Shown here one piece after another: positions 23,991-37,012 of a stretch of DNA of 64,000 nt. Source of the DNA: Octopus vulgaris (Eukaryota); the NCBI GenBank assembly GCA_951406725.2, contig OX597814.1:217000001-217064000 (forward strand), given 5' to 3'. The translations under genes and the position numbers were made by a program. Position 1 is the stretch's first letter. Every line of letters starts with the position of its first letter. The notes under the pieces are model-generated. The model worked only from the letters and a program-made list of their open reading frames with translations. It did no database searches and was not told the origin of the DNA.

Positions 23991-24693
23991 AAAACTGCTC
24001 ACTTCCTACTTCAGATTTGAACCATAAAAAATATGTACAAATAAGTTATGTGCAGAATACAGGTTGTACTACATATACTGAAAAGCATTGCATATATTAA
24101 TTTCAAATTTTGGCACAAGGCCAGTTATTTCTGGGAAAACTGAGGGTTAAGTCAATTACATTGACTCCAGTGTTTAACGGGTATCAACTGGTATCTATTT
24201 TACTGATCCCAAAACGATGAAAGGCAAAGTCAACCTTTTAGCGTTGGGACCATTACTCCATTCTGGAAATGACTGTTGAGTGAGTCAGCTATTGATCTAC
24301 CTTGAAGAGGGACTCCTTTTGAACCCAGAACTTCCACCATTGGCTAAATAACTCATTCCTTACACAAAATAAAATGTAAGACATAAAACAATCTTTGCTA
24401 TAAGAAGAATGAAGAGGAGATATGTCATGGTAAATGACAATATTCATAGGGACATGTATTCTACTGGAAAGAAACTGATTTATCCAGGAACTTGATCTTT
24501 TCAATGGGTTTTTGCCATTTTTGTTATATGTAAGAAAATAATTCTTAGGTGATGAAGGTTATGAGATAAATACAAAATATTCATTAAAAACAAAATGTAA
24601 CCCTATCAAAAAAAGAAAATAATAATAACCCCATATGGAACCCAAACTACTGAAAGTGATTCAAAGTTGGCTGTGAGAAAATTTATATTTTAC

Positions 24694-26181
24694 CTTTCCA
24701 AGATATCCTGCCGTAGGACTGAACCTTGTGGTAATGTAATCAGTTCCAAACCAGACAGAACTCCAACTCCAAGATCATCCTCTCCAAGAACACGGATAAA
24801 CTCCACATCAATTTTTGTAAGATGTTGAGCAATTCGTCGTGGATTGTCCATTAATATATCATAGACTTTGAAAAATACATGAACATCTAAAGGTTTGTTT
24901 TCATCAGGTATCAATGTCCCACAGTAATTTTGCAAATTATAACTTTTACGGAAGCTTTTTTCCTCTGGAATGGTGATTTCTCTTGCTTTCATGTAATTAA
25001 CATCGAAAATTTGCTCAGTGTATTCTTCATTTATAGAATCTTTACCGGATGGAAATTTGGATTTACTAGGAAATTTGTTTTTTAAGTGGGATTTACCATT
25101 TTTGTTAGTACTTGTTCCTTGACCTGAAGAAACATTTTTCAAGTTTTGGTGATAGGTAAATTCCAACTTTTTATCAGCTTTGACCCAACTAGGTGTTGCA
25201 ACAACCTGATCAAGTTCACTATAATCCATTTCATCATCATATAATGCAGCATTTCGGATTTCAATTGTAGGTCGTTGCTTTGTTTTGATTGAAGCTACCC
25301 TGCTGGGTTTAGGGGGTGGAGATTTAAACAAACTGCTCTCTGATGAAGCTGGATTTAGGGAATTATCTGGCAGTGTGAGGAATGTTGGATTTACTGGTTG
25401 TGGTGACAAGATCGGTTCACTACCACATCGAGTGTGATGAATTGGAGGGGATGGCATTGTAGGGGTTGCTATTGGTGATAAAGATGAGCTGTAGCCAATT
25501 GAGGGAACACTGTCAGAGCGACCCAAGTGAGTTGGGGAAAATGGAGCTTCACAATTGGATTGTTCTAAACAGAGTACAGGTTGACTCCCAGTTCTTTTGT
25601 GAAGATGGTCTTTCATTCCAGTTGGACTGCCGGGTGGAGTTGTATTTGGGGTCACAAAAGGGCTAGGTTTGGGGCTAATATTTGGTGTACTTGAATAAAA
25701 TCCAGAATTCTTATTCATTGGAGAGCCATACTTCATATCATACGAACTAAGAGGTAATTTCCGAGCTATAGCTTTTTTCAGAATTACATTTGATGCCTTG
25801 GTTACAGGTTTAGAATTTTTTACATAATAATCAATGAGACTAGGGATGGAATTGAACTCATCATCTTCCAGCAAATAAATTATTTTAGGTTCGGCATATC
25901 CATCTATTAAAACTTTAGAATTTACGATAAAGTGCATGGGGACTCCATGCCAACCACAAGAGAGTACAAAGTCTCCTGGCTGCGATACACTATCTCGGAC
26001 AAGGTAGTCACCATTGACAACCACTAACTGTTCGGCAGCAAGTCGACTGATCTGACCATGATACCAAGAATAAGATCGTAAATTTCCTGGGTCCCCTTGC
26101 AACTCTAGATGTAGATCAAGCTGTAGTTTCTCATTTGTTGCATTCTGGTTGTTGTCATAAATAGTCGGTGAGAAGTAAGAC
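24694..26181 (-). CDS. BCAR3: BCAR3-like large exon (SH2 domain, S/P-rich linker, start of GEF-like domain)
   Basis: ttcag|G...AG|gtaaaa, 1488 nt, phase 2-2. SH2: LRSYSWYHGQISRLAAEQLVVVNGDYLVRDSVSQPGDFVLSC. NSP motifs ENKPLD and GLELITLPQG..LRQDILER. Confidence 0.95.
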
Positions 26182-26407
26182 CTGAAGAAAGAGACAAAAT
26201 TTAAATAAATACTATGAATTTTCACACAAAGTCTACATGACATATGACAAAGGGAAATAAATAAATGTAAATAAATAGCTAAATATGCAAAGAATATTTA
26301 TATGGGAAATATTGAAGTTATATGTAAACTATTTGTGACCTTGTCAGGTCAGGTATGATGTATGCAGCATCAGATCCTACTACTGCTAAATTGTAAACCA
26401 GTACAAC

Positions 26408-26872
26408 CTGTGTCAGTGGGGTAGAAAGGGCTTCTTAGCCGTAGTGAAGGCAATCTATCTAGGGAGATAACCTTACAATAAATCACTGGGTCCGTAGCTT
26501 AGAAACACTGGGTTGACATCCAGCGGGAACAGCTTTGTTTCATGGAGGAGGAAAGATCTTCTTTAGTACTTGGTTGTACAATGCTTTCCAATGTGTGTAG
26601 TAGTGGCGCACGCACACATTATTAGCCATTTGAAAAGACTATGGAATTTACAATTAACTGCACCAGGGTTCCTCTTCCCCAGGGAACCAGACCTAATGGT
26701 ATACCTGCGGATATAAGTCCAACCCCTGCTTTGCCGGGTCCTGTCTCTGATCACATTCTCCAGGGATACAGGCATCCAGCAACAGGACCTCCATAATGCC
26801 ATGATGGACCGTGAAGTCTGGCGTAGCATGGTAAATTCCATTGTCTTGACCATGGTCGAACAATGATGATGA
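26408..26872 (+). mobile_element. Short RTE-type derivative (different family) ending in (GAT)n
   Basis: The 3' part encodes SRDTGIQQQDLHNAMMDREVWRSMV, a typical RTE C-terminus, then tgatgatgat. The 5' boundary is uncertain. Confidence 0.55.
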
Positions 26873-28182
26873 TTTGTGACAATTTTATTGAATTGGGGTC
26901 GTGATTTTGAAAGAGAGGGATATAGATGGAATTACCATTCCGTAACATCACACAATTGTAAACATTTGTGTAGTCACATGCACACATATATCAATAAGCA
27001 TACATCTACCTGTGCTAACAAAGGAGCCTCTACACAGCCAATTGACCTGTTAGAGATAGCAGTTAAATCTCTCAAATTACCTCATAACAACAGCCAGCTG
27101 TCACTCACAAGCGAGTATGGCTTGGAAGCATGCACTATATTTTCACTAATAGTTACAGACACCTTCTTAACCCAGAGGCACAGCCAAGATGTGACAACTG
27201 GAAGGAGAGAGTGCTCCAGCAGCATCCAGTTGGTACTCATTTACAACTGCGTAAAGAGAAGCAACATGAAATGAAATGTCTTGCCTAAGGAAATGCACTG
27301 CTAGGTCAAGGAATTGAACTCATGATTTTATGCACTGAACTAAACATCCTAATCACAAGATCACATGCCTTGAATAGAAACACATTGGATAATGTGGCCC
27401 TGGGTGCAATGGACTAGTGGATAAGGTGGTTGGTCATGGCTGCAATGTCTTTAATCATAAGCCAGCTTAACTAGGACTGACTTGCAGCTAAATGATAACA
27501 ACACACAGTTCTTGCTCATAGTTGAGTAGAGTTAACCACAACAGGATTTCTGTGTCTCACTTCAGTTGTATAGATTTTTACAGCTGAAGGATTTGTGAAG
27601 ATCACATTAACCCTTTTGTCACTGACCATGTTTCAGTTTGAAACATTCTGACTTTACCTCCATTACTTTTGAAATTAATGAAGAATTTACTAAAACAAAT
27701 TAACCTGAAATTTTGATGGAAGATTTTAATTTAAATTACATTAAAACGGGTTGTTTGTATAAAAGAACCCAAAGCAGTCTCAAATGGGTGAGTATCAAAT
27801 GAATTAAAGAAAGCTACAGTAGGATGTAGTCAGTCTTCAAAGAAGAGAAACAAACATGGTGAATAGTTTCGCTCTGAATTATAGGTATAGAACAAAATAG
27901 AGCAACTGGTTTTGACTTCACTTCTACAGTCACAGAGTTCAAATCCTACCATGGTTAACTTTGTCTTTCATTCCTTTGAGGTCAAAAAATAAGTCCCACT
28001 CTAATATCAGGGTTGATGTAATCAATTTAGCCTTTTACTTCAAAATTGCTGGGTTTGAACCTTGTAATGGATGGTGTCTTGGTCACTCATATACCATGGT
28101 AATTGGCCTTATAAATTCTTTGGCTCATGAAAAAAACAACATTGAACAGGCTCATAACCTCTGCCCACCAGCAAAGACTGTA

Positions 28183-28213
<31 letters not shown>

Positions 28214-29077
28214 TTTTCTCCAGTTTCCCTGAATATCATAAAATACATTACACTTTGCACTAATTCTTATGAGGACATCCAACTGTAAAAGCTATTGCAC
28301 AAATATATACACACAAAACCATCCCGTTCAAGAACTGAGATAATCTTTACAGGGTTACTCAACATGTAGGAAATAACAATCAGATCTCCCTCAAATCATA
28401 TCTACTGTCTTAATGACAACCACTATCCCACTATGCAATCATGAAAAGATTAATGTAAAACAGGAAAAACTCCCTGCCAAATATACAAATTTTTATATTG
28501 GTTTGCACTAAATGTATGTTTTATATGAGTATGACGGTAGCAGAGGTGGATCAATTCTATAAAATTAACGCATCAGTTTATTATTGGTAGTTATTTTGTT
28601 TATCCTACAGGGATGAAAGATGAAGTCAAAACCCGCAAGGTTTGAATTCAAAGCATAAAAAATGCAGGGCATTTAGTCTGACATTTTTACCATTTCAAAC
28701 TCAAATGGCCTTTCTTATAAATATTATTACCATATTTATCTGAGTTCACAGAAGGAACACAAGTATACCACATGATGTCAAACCAAATATAGATAGTAAA
28801 TATATAGTTCTTATCAGAAGTATGTTAGGCCATAAAGTTATATTTTACCCCAATAAAGCTTATCTTTGATGTAATTCAAACATACTGTTTACTATCATAT
28901 TAGCAATGTTCTTCCTGCCCGTTCCTTTCCCTGTCTCCCACTGATATCAATGTCAAAGGCTGATATTTTCACTATGCTGCTATTTCAATGAAACACTGAC
29001 AAGTTGTTTAGTTAACTGAATACCAAGAAGCAATTACTAAATAAGCTGGACTATCCATATATCAATAGTACAATTGT

Positions 29078-29120
<43 letters not shown>

Positions 29121-30136
29121 ATTATTATTTATTAAATGATAATGAGGAATATTTTATTCAATTTATTCATTTAAAATTCTGTTTGTCACAAGAAATTAGT
29201 GATAAAATTAAGCATCTGTCACATACAGATTTTCTACAGATACCCATTAATATATAGCGGCGTATGTACACTTTGTTCTCATATATATATATATATATAT
29301 ATGTGCGTGTGTTCATTGTCATCAGTATCGTTTTTAACATCCATTTCCCATTCTTGTACGAGAAGAAATTCGTTGAGGCAAATTTTTTATGGCCAAGATA
29401 CCCATCCTATTGCTAACCATCACCTGTTGGCAAGCAAGTTAATATTTTCAATATGGCTTGCCATGTTTTCATGGAAGATTGGAAAAGAATAACATTACTT
29501 GTATGATGGTGACATATGTTTACAACTGGTTGTGACAAGGAGACACACACACACATTTATCTCTTCAGCAGAAATTACAAAGTGACTCAAAGAGTTTCAT
29601 GCACTGGAACTTATCAAACCTATACATTAATATAAAGCATCCACTCTACTTTGTGAAGTGGTTGGCACTAGTAAGGTCACCCAGCTGTAAGAACCATCCT
29701 AAAGCAGATCTCGCAGGTGCTGGTACCATGCAGAAACCATCCAGTCCATTCTGTAAAGTGACTGACATTAGAAAGGGCAACCAGCTGTGAAAGCCATGCC
29801 AAAACAGACAGTGGACTTTGGTGCAATCCTCTGGCTTGCCAACTCCAGTCAAACCATCCAATCTATGCCAGCATAGAAGGTAGGTGTTAAATAATGATGA
29901 TATACATGTACATGGAAGGATTCTTTCAGTTTCTGTCTACCAAATCCGTCTAACTCAACCACAAGGCTTCTACTAAAGCTCTGGTTAACTCAGGGCTTTA
30001 GTAGAAGGTACCATGCAGCCATACCTGTGCCTGTATTACTGTTTGTATTTATAGTTGATATGTAGATGAGTATATTAGGGTGTGCAAATGTGAATGCCTA
30101 CATGTATCTGCCATAATGTATCTATTGGTAACTTAC

Positions 30137-30185
30137 GGTGGAGGTGGTGGTGCATTGGACAGCTGACTCCAAGAATTTCTTTTAT
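30137..30185 (-). CDS. BCAR3: BCAR3-like micro-exon (49 nt, phase 1-2)
   Basis: tttatttacag|AT...CC|gtaagt. Encodes (D)KRNSWSQLSNAPPPP(P). Its phases exactly bridge the SAM exon and the SH2 exon. Confidence 0.8.
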
Positions 30186-31903
30186 CTGTAAATAAAGAAA
30201 ATTAATAAATAACAATGATAACAATAGGCTTTGGTGAGAAGTAGATTGGCAGAGAAATGACAAATAATGTGGTCAACAAAGGTCTTTCTTTAACTCTCTA
30301 ACATTTAAACTGTCTATCATCATCATCATCATCGTTTAGCGTCCGCTTTCAATGCTAGCATGGGTTGGACGGTTCGACCGGGGATCTGGGAAGCCAGAAG
30401 GCTGCACCAGGCTCCAGTCTTATCTGGCAATGTTTCTACAGCTGGATGCCCTTCCTAACGCCAACCACTCCGTGAGTGTAGTGGGTGCTTTTTACGTGCC
30501 AGGCGAGGCTGGCAACGGCCACGGTCGGATTGGTGTATTTTATGTGCCACTGGCACGGAAGCCAGTCGAGGCGGCACTGGCATCGGCCACGAGTCGGATG
30601 GTGCTTTTTACGTACCACCAGACCAGGGATCCTGGCTGGTTCAATTCGATTTCGATATCTAACCCAAATATTCTACCTGCTTTATGTTTAAACTATCCAG
30701 ATGTGGCCTCCCATATCTACCCTATAAAGTCCTTCTAAAAATAATTTTCCACATCATCTAAATCCCAAAGCTATGAGGTAATGCATAACTGAACAAATAA
30801 GTGAACAAATAAGCATTAACATTTAATAAAATGATCTGAATGCTAAAGGATTAAAAACGATCAAGGAGTAGTGATGTGGGCAAAAGCAGTCTAGCCATGA
30901 CCATCCCATCTTTTTGTATATGCATGACTACATTATCAAATATGTCCTTTTTTTTTTTAAGATCGGGTTGAAGGAGATTTGGTTTCTATTTCTAGTAGGT
31001 TACAAAAAAGATCTTTCAATGGCTCGTAGGAAAGGTAGCAGTAGTAGTTATCATAGGATGAGGACATTGTTTTGGCTATAGTTTTAGAACAGGGTTAATA
31101 ATGGTAATGATATAATGGTGACATTGAGGGATGTAGTGGCAATGTTGGTGGGTGATGGAAACAGATTTAACAGATAAAATTAATCTTCCTAGTGGTGCAG
31201 TATGATTTGAAGTGGAGGAAAAAAAAGAGGCCAACCTAAAGCTAGCAATCTAATGATTGTGTTGGAAGTGAATTCTTTATTTAGGGACTAGATTTGTGGG
31301 GATTTTTAGAACAAGGAGTGAGAGAAGATTGTTTGAGGTTAGCATGATTAAGGTAATGCTTGGATTACATCTCTTCCTGCTTCATATACTATGATTACCT
31401 CCCACTCCCCAAGGGGAATCCTGTGGGCCAAGCGCCACTGTATCCTTGCACCAACCTGTGCATTCTACTCATATGTCTTGTCTCACTCTATTATTGCCAT
31501 CTGCTAGACCCCGACCTAGGTGTTCCTCCCACACATAAGAAAACTTTTCCCTCACCCTACCCCAACAAGCCAATTTACATCTCTTTCTTACATTTCCTTC
31601 TGCACTCACTATGCCTAGCTCTCACTCCCCAGTCCTGTCCTCACACACCTGCTCATCTGTATCATTGCTATCCCGTAGTCCCTCCAACTCTCTATATATA
31701 CCCAGGTCTTTTGCCACTGACTCGCACTCTCTTTGCAATATCCTGTCACATATTATGGCATTTGAACCTTTGGGTTTGCTCTAGTCCTTGCCACTATCTA
31801 TACCTCTCTCTTCCTTTACTCAACCATCTCATTTATACTCTGATCCCTGTTCCTTGTGAGCATGCCTGGCATTTTGCCACCTCCTCCATCTTGCAGCCTC
31901 CCC

Positions 31904-31935
<32 letters not shown>

Positions 31936-32647
31936 TGCACTTCCCTCAGGCTGAGCAACCATGTATTTTCTTTGTGGTAGCACACCTGTTTTCTGTCTCC
32001 ATCCCTGATCTTTCTCTCTCCAGTAGCGTAACCTTATACTTCCTCTTCAGCAAGACACCTATATATGTCTTACTATAACTTTTTCATCATCACCTCCTCC
32101 AATGCCTCCTCCGCTATTAAAAGTTTTCATCTCGCAAGTACTCGGTGACCCTGTCAGTGCAAGTGCCACTTAAGAGCAACCAGTACCACACTGTAAAGTG
32201 GTTGGTGTTTGGAAGGGCATCCAGCTGTAAAAACCTTGCCAAAACTGACCTCGTCTGTGCTTGTGCCACATGAAAGGCCCTACTCACCTTGCCTGTGCTT
32301 GTACCAGAGAGAAAGCACTATCTCCACTCTGCTGAGTGGTTAGTGTTAGAAAGGGCATCCGGCTGTAAAGATTCTGCCAAAACAGTCACAGAAATCTAGT
32401 GCAGGCTTCAGCCTGGCCGGCTCTTGTGGTACCACCGTCTCACCCATGCTAGCATTGAACACAGGCGTTAAATGATGATGATGATGATTTCCTATCTCCA
32501 TCTGTTTTCTCTCCTCATTCCTTTCTGTAGAAAAGTGTAGGCTCAAAACGTCAAAGATGTTTCAAAGACGTTTTCCTGATCATCAAACTAATTCACCTCA
32601 GTTGTTGTTCCCTCACCTATCTATGTCTTGTTTTTTGTACAATTTTG

Positions 32648-32681
<34 letters not shown>

Positions 32682-32971
32682 AAATTAAGTAGTGGTAATG
32701 AGTAAATATTTTGTAAATATGATAAGATTTGACCATATATTGATTATAGAAAATAGTCTAATATTAGAGCATATAAACTCCCAAAGGTAAAAAGAAATGG
32801 GCATAAGTACATAGAATCAAATTAGTAAGAAGAGTGGGTTTGATTCCAACACACGCTAGTGCCCCATTTTTTCCATTGGCAGGTTTATATGACCTGATAC
32901 ACTATTTTCTATAGTCTACATACAGTGAAAGCTTTTCATTATATTTATAATACACACACAGGTATTACGAA

Positions 32972-33055
32972 TGTCAGAAGTGGGATGCGAACCCACGCCG
33001 GGAAGACCCGACTGCAACCTGAATGCAGCGCCTTAGACCGCTCGGCCATCCTGAC
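32972..33055 (-). tRNA. tRNA-Leu(CAG), possibly a pseudogene
   Basis: GTCAGGATGGCCGAGCGGTCTAAGGCGCTGCATTCAGGTTGCAGTCGGGTCTTCCCGGCGTGGGTTCGCATCCCACTTCTGACA. All stems pair and the variable arm is long. T-loop is TTCGCAT (A58C) and no adjacent oligo-T terminator is seen. Confidence 0.85.
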
Positions 33056-34706
33056 TTGCTTTAATTGGCTTTAATTGCTTTAATTGGCTTTAATTGGCTT
33101 TAATAATAATGACTTGCTTTAATAGGCGCAGGAGTGGCTGTGTGGTAAGTAGCTTGCTTACCAACCACATGGTTGTGGGTTCACTCCCACTGCGTGGCAT
33201 CTTGGGCAAGTGTCTTCTGCTATAGCCCCGGGCCGACCAATGCCTTGTGAGTGGATTTGGTAGACGGAAACTGAAAGAAGCCTGTCGTATATATGTATAT
33301 ATATATGTGTTTGTGTGTCTGTGTTTGTCCCCCTAGCATTGCTTGACAACCGATGCTGGTGTGTTTACGTTCCCGTCACTTAGCGGTTTGGCAAAAGAGA
33401 CCGATAGAATAAGTAAGTACTGTGCTTACACAGGTATGTATAGGTGTAGGCATAGTTGTGTTGTTAAGAAATTTGATTCTCAACCATGTAGTTTTGGGTT
33501 CAGTCCTATAGTACAGCACCTTTTTGTAAGTATCTTCTACTACAGCTCCAGGCCAATTAAAGTCTTGTGAGTGAATCTGGTAGATAGGGACTGAAAGAAG
33601 CCTTTTGTGTGAAATTCCTTGTCTTGGCAACATGTGGTAATTATAAACAATTGTTATTCATTTCCACTCTACTATGAAAAACATGTCTGGTTGGTTATGA
33701 GGAAATATTGCTTTATTTGCAAACAAGCAAGGGTTGTCGACAGAAAGGGCATCCAGCCATAGAAAATCTGCTTAAATGGCCTTCTGAGACCAATATAGTT
33801 GATGTTCTTTTTGTTTTTGAATAGTTGGAAAAACATGAGCATGAAGAGAATTCTTGAGGGTTAGCATTCTGTGAAAGAAGGACTAGAAAATTTGGTTAAT
33901 GTAGGGCCTAGGAGAGAGATGAATACAATATAGGTGACAAGAAGAGAATTGGGGAAAGCTTGAGTGAAAAGGATTGGAAGGAAGGTTACAAGGTGAAAGC
34001 ATGTATTGGTTTTTGTAAATTAGTGGTTGTATAATAGGCATATTTTCAGAGAGAGTTAAAAGTTAAGGGGAAAAACAGAAGAGAAAAGCCATTGTTATAG
34101 CAAAAAAAATGTAGCAATGAAGAGCATTTTAAATCTCTTAAAGTAAATTCATATATTATTTGAGCAAATGATGAGAGAAGAAAATAAAATAATAGAAAAT
34201 ATCTCCAAAAAATATATATATAAATTACAAATTGAAATTAAAACAAACCTGAGAATTTGTGAGAGAAATTAGAGGAAAAGGTTTCATAAATGGTACTTTG
34301 TGAAGAATTTAAACTGATGCTTGAGAAGAGGTGATAAACATAAAACTGCAGAACAGATATGAATGAATATGCATCTGAACTGAGAACAATTAATGGGAGT
34401 TTTTCCTCATTTTTTTTCCTTTAATATTCTGTTTTGTTTATTATAAAAAGTTGGTGATAAATTTAGAAATATTTTGAGTGTGTAACCAACCCCTGCCATT
34501 TAAGTAAATAGCTGAGTAAACACCGTGTGAGGAGTAGAGTAATGAGAAATGAGTTGGTTCAATGTGACAATGTGCCATGGAATATCTATTATTGACCAGC
34601 TACTCCATCATCACGTTCCTCCACTGTTTAAACCCTGTCACTAGCAGTTACCTACAAGTAAATCAGGAAACAGATAAAAGAAAATGTTAGATTAAGCATG
34701 TTTCAC

Positions 34707-34824
34707 CTGGTAAATTCTTGTAGTTATCTCGCAGGTAGCACAAACTTGAGACTATCTTTGTCCTGTGAGTACAATCCTTAACACCAAGGTCACGCAGGTC
34801 AGCTTCATTTAAGGACAGCAAATC
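34707..34824 (-). CDS. BCAR3: BCAR3-like exon, second half of SAM domain
   Basis: tttttag|GAT...CCA G|gtgaaa. Encodes DLLSLNEADLRDLGVKDCTHRTKIVSSLCYLRDNYKNLP (SAM consensus LLxLxExDLxxLGIxxxxHRxKI). Confidence 0.88.
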
Positions 34825-35150
34825 CTAAAAATAGAGAAAGATTGTGATTTTAAGCAGTCACACACATACATATAATGAAAAACCCCAACATAGAATATTA
34901 CCGAAACAGTATCAAAATATATTTGTTAATTAGTTTGTAATATTATTAGAAAATCAAATATATATTATTATATTTGGGAGTGTGTAACCAACCCCTTCTT
35001 AGTACACAACTACAACTTTGTATTATTTTCTGAAATTGTGGTTGAAATAATACAATAAAATATAGAATTTTTTTTTTCAATATTGTTGGATGAAGATGTG
35101 TTAGGTTAGGCCTTTCTTATCTGCATAATTAATGATACCGACGTAACAAA

Positions 35151-35697
35151 CACCATCCGATCGTGGCCGTCCGCCAGCCTCATCTGGCACCTGTGTCGGT
35201 GGCACATAAAAACACCATCCGAGCGTGGCCGTCTGCCAGCCTCGTCTGGCACCTGTGTCGGTGGCACATAAAAACACCATCCGAGCGTGGCCGTCTGCCA
35301 GCCTCGTCTGGCACCTGTGTCGGTGGCACATAAAAAACACCATCCGAGCGTGGCCGTCTGCCAGCCTCGTCTGGCACCTGTGTCGGTGGCACATAAAAAC
35401 ACCATCCGAGCGTGGCCGTCTGCCAGCCTCGTCTGGCACCTGTGTCGGTGGCACATAAAAACACCATCCGAGCGTGGCCGTCTGCCAGCCTCGTCTGGCA
35501 CCTGTGTCGGTGGCACATAAAATCACCCACTACACTCTCGGAGTGGTTGGCATTAGGAAGGGCATCCAGCTGTAGAAACACTGCCAGATCTGACTGGCCT
35601 GGTGCAGCCTTCGGGCTCCCCAGACCCCAGTTGAACCGTCCAACCCATGCTAGCATGGAAAGCGGACGCTAAATGATGATGATGATGATGATGATGA
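35151..35697 (+). repeat. Six tandem 62-63-bp units followed by an RTE 3' tail
   Basis: Unit caccatccgagcgtggccgtctgccagcctcgtctggcacctgtgtcggtggcacataaaaa starts at 35151, 35213, 35275, 35338, 35400 and 35462. The shared tail follows, to (gat)n. Confidence 0.92.
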
Positions 35698-36464
35698 ATA
35701 TTTTCATGTTAGTGTGGATTGGAGGGTTGATCAAAAATTTAGGCATTTGTATGAATTGTTGACGAAAGTTTCTTTTTCTTTACAATTGTTTATTTTTCAT
35801 GTTTATGTAAAATGTCTGTAAAAATTACAATGTTTCCATCATTATTTCTAGGATTTTCTGGCACTTTCATGTTGCCAACAACCTAACCATTTTAAGAATA
35901 GGTTTTTGATTATTATCAATCATTAGAGAGTAAGGACAAAGTGGTTGTGTTACTTTCTGAAATCAAATTCTGTTGGGATCAGTTTTGCCTTTTGTCATTC
36001 TGGGGTCAATAAAATAATGTACCAGTCAAGCACGGCAGGAAATTTAATATTCATATAATATATGTATAAGAGTTAGCACTTCCTTTTCTAAGCCGAGATT
36101 CGAAATCGAATCCAAGAATCATCGGTCGTCAAAAACCAATGCATGTATAGGCGCGAACAGAGAAAGAAACACAATCGCAGCTGACACACCAGCAGACAGA
36201 TTTATCTCGTCCCGCGTTTTGGAGACGACAGAGAAATGCCTACAGGCTACTGTTTCAAATGACGCACACACACACAAACATATTCATCTTTAATATGTGC
36301 TCTATACAAGCAATGCATAGCATTTACTTACATTTGTATGTAGTGTACTTATAATCCATGTAAATAAATCCCTTTTTGATCCTGAAACAATTCATGTATT
36401 TATTTATACACACACACACATCCACTACATATGTCTTGCAAACAACTTGCACATGCAAGTGCTA

Positions 36465-37012
36465 CCAGTCAAAAACTCCACATACTGGAAGCCAGCAAGT
36501 GTATGTATGGGGTCATCAGGAGAGAATGCGCACCATTTCGGGGCCTACCTCTCGACGGCATCAATGCGCACCCCCACCTCACTGATACGAGGCCCCGCTT
36601 GCTAGATCAGCTGGTTATCAAATAAAGCTCAATATCCTTCTAGCCATTGCTCATCGTCTCTTTTTAACCAAATCCAGTGGCTAGCCTTCTCCACTGTAGA
36701 TTGGATATCGGTCATGGTGGTATTGTCTTTACGATGAGTTAGGCCTAGCGATAACAACAGTTGTCTCACACCGTGTCCAACGAACCCTCTACATCCGACT
36801 TCAATTGGAAAATGTTCTGCTTTCCAGTCTGCGTCTTCACATTCCTCAAGGAGGTTTACATAACGGTTCAATTTTCGATCCCGAGCGGCGTCCATATTAT
36901 CTTCATGAGGAACCGTTAACTCGACTATATTTACCACTTTCCTTCTTTCACACCACATCAAAATATCTGGTTTTTTCGTAGTTGGGATGGGAAAGAATCC
37001 CTGGCACCCAGG
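36465..37012 (-). mobile_element. 5'-truncated RLE-type (HERO/NeSL-like) non-LTR retrotransposon
   Basis: Open frame TTKKPDILMWCERRKVVNIVELTVPHEDN...RKLNRY..L.....W....FPIEVGCRGF...ASHWIWLKR is a restriction-like endonuclease C-terminus. The 3' UTR extent is approximate. Confidence 0.85.

Noticed and set aside
26370-26465. HDV-like ribozyme at the 5' end of the RTE derivative
   Set aside because: I could not assemble a consistent P1-P4 nested pseudoknot by eye.
31360-31980. 206-aa ORF
   Set aside because: Pyrimidine-rich low-complexity sequence with a (CT)n tract, no recognisable domain and no convincing splice signals.
32521-32557. Another hammerhead-like string (ctttctgtaga...gctcaaaacgtcaaag)
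   Set aside because: Both core boxes are mutated, so it is too degenerate to call.
35101-35672. CRISPR-like array, or repetitive protein ORFs in several frames
   Set aside because: The units are near-identical with no unique spacers and derive from an RTE 3' UTR. The DNA is eukaryotic with no cas genes, and the ORFs are by-products of the repeat.
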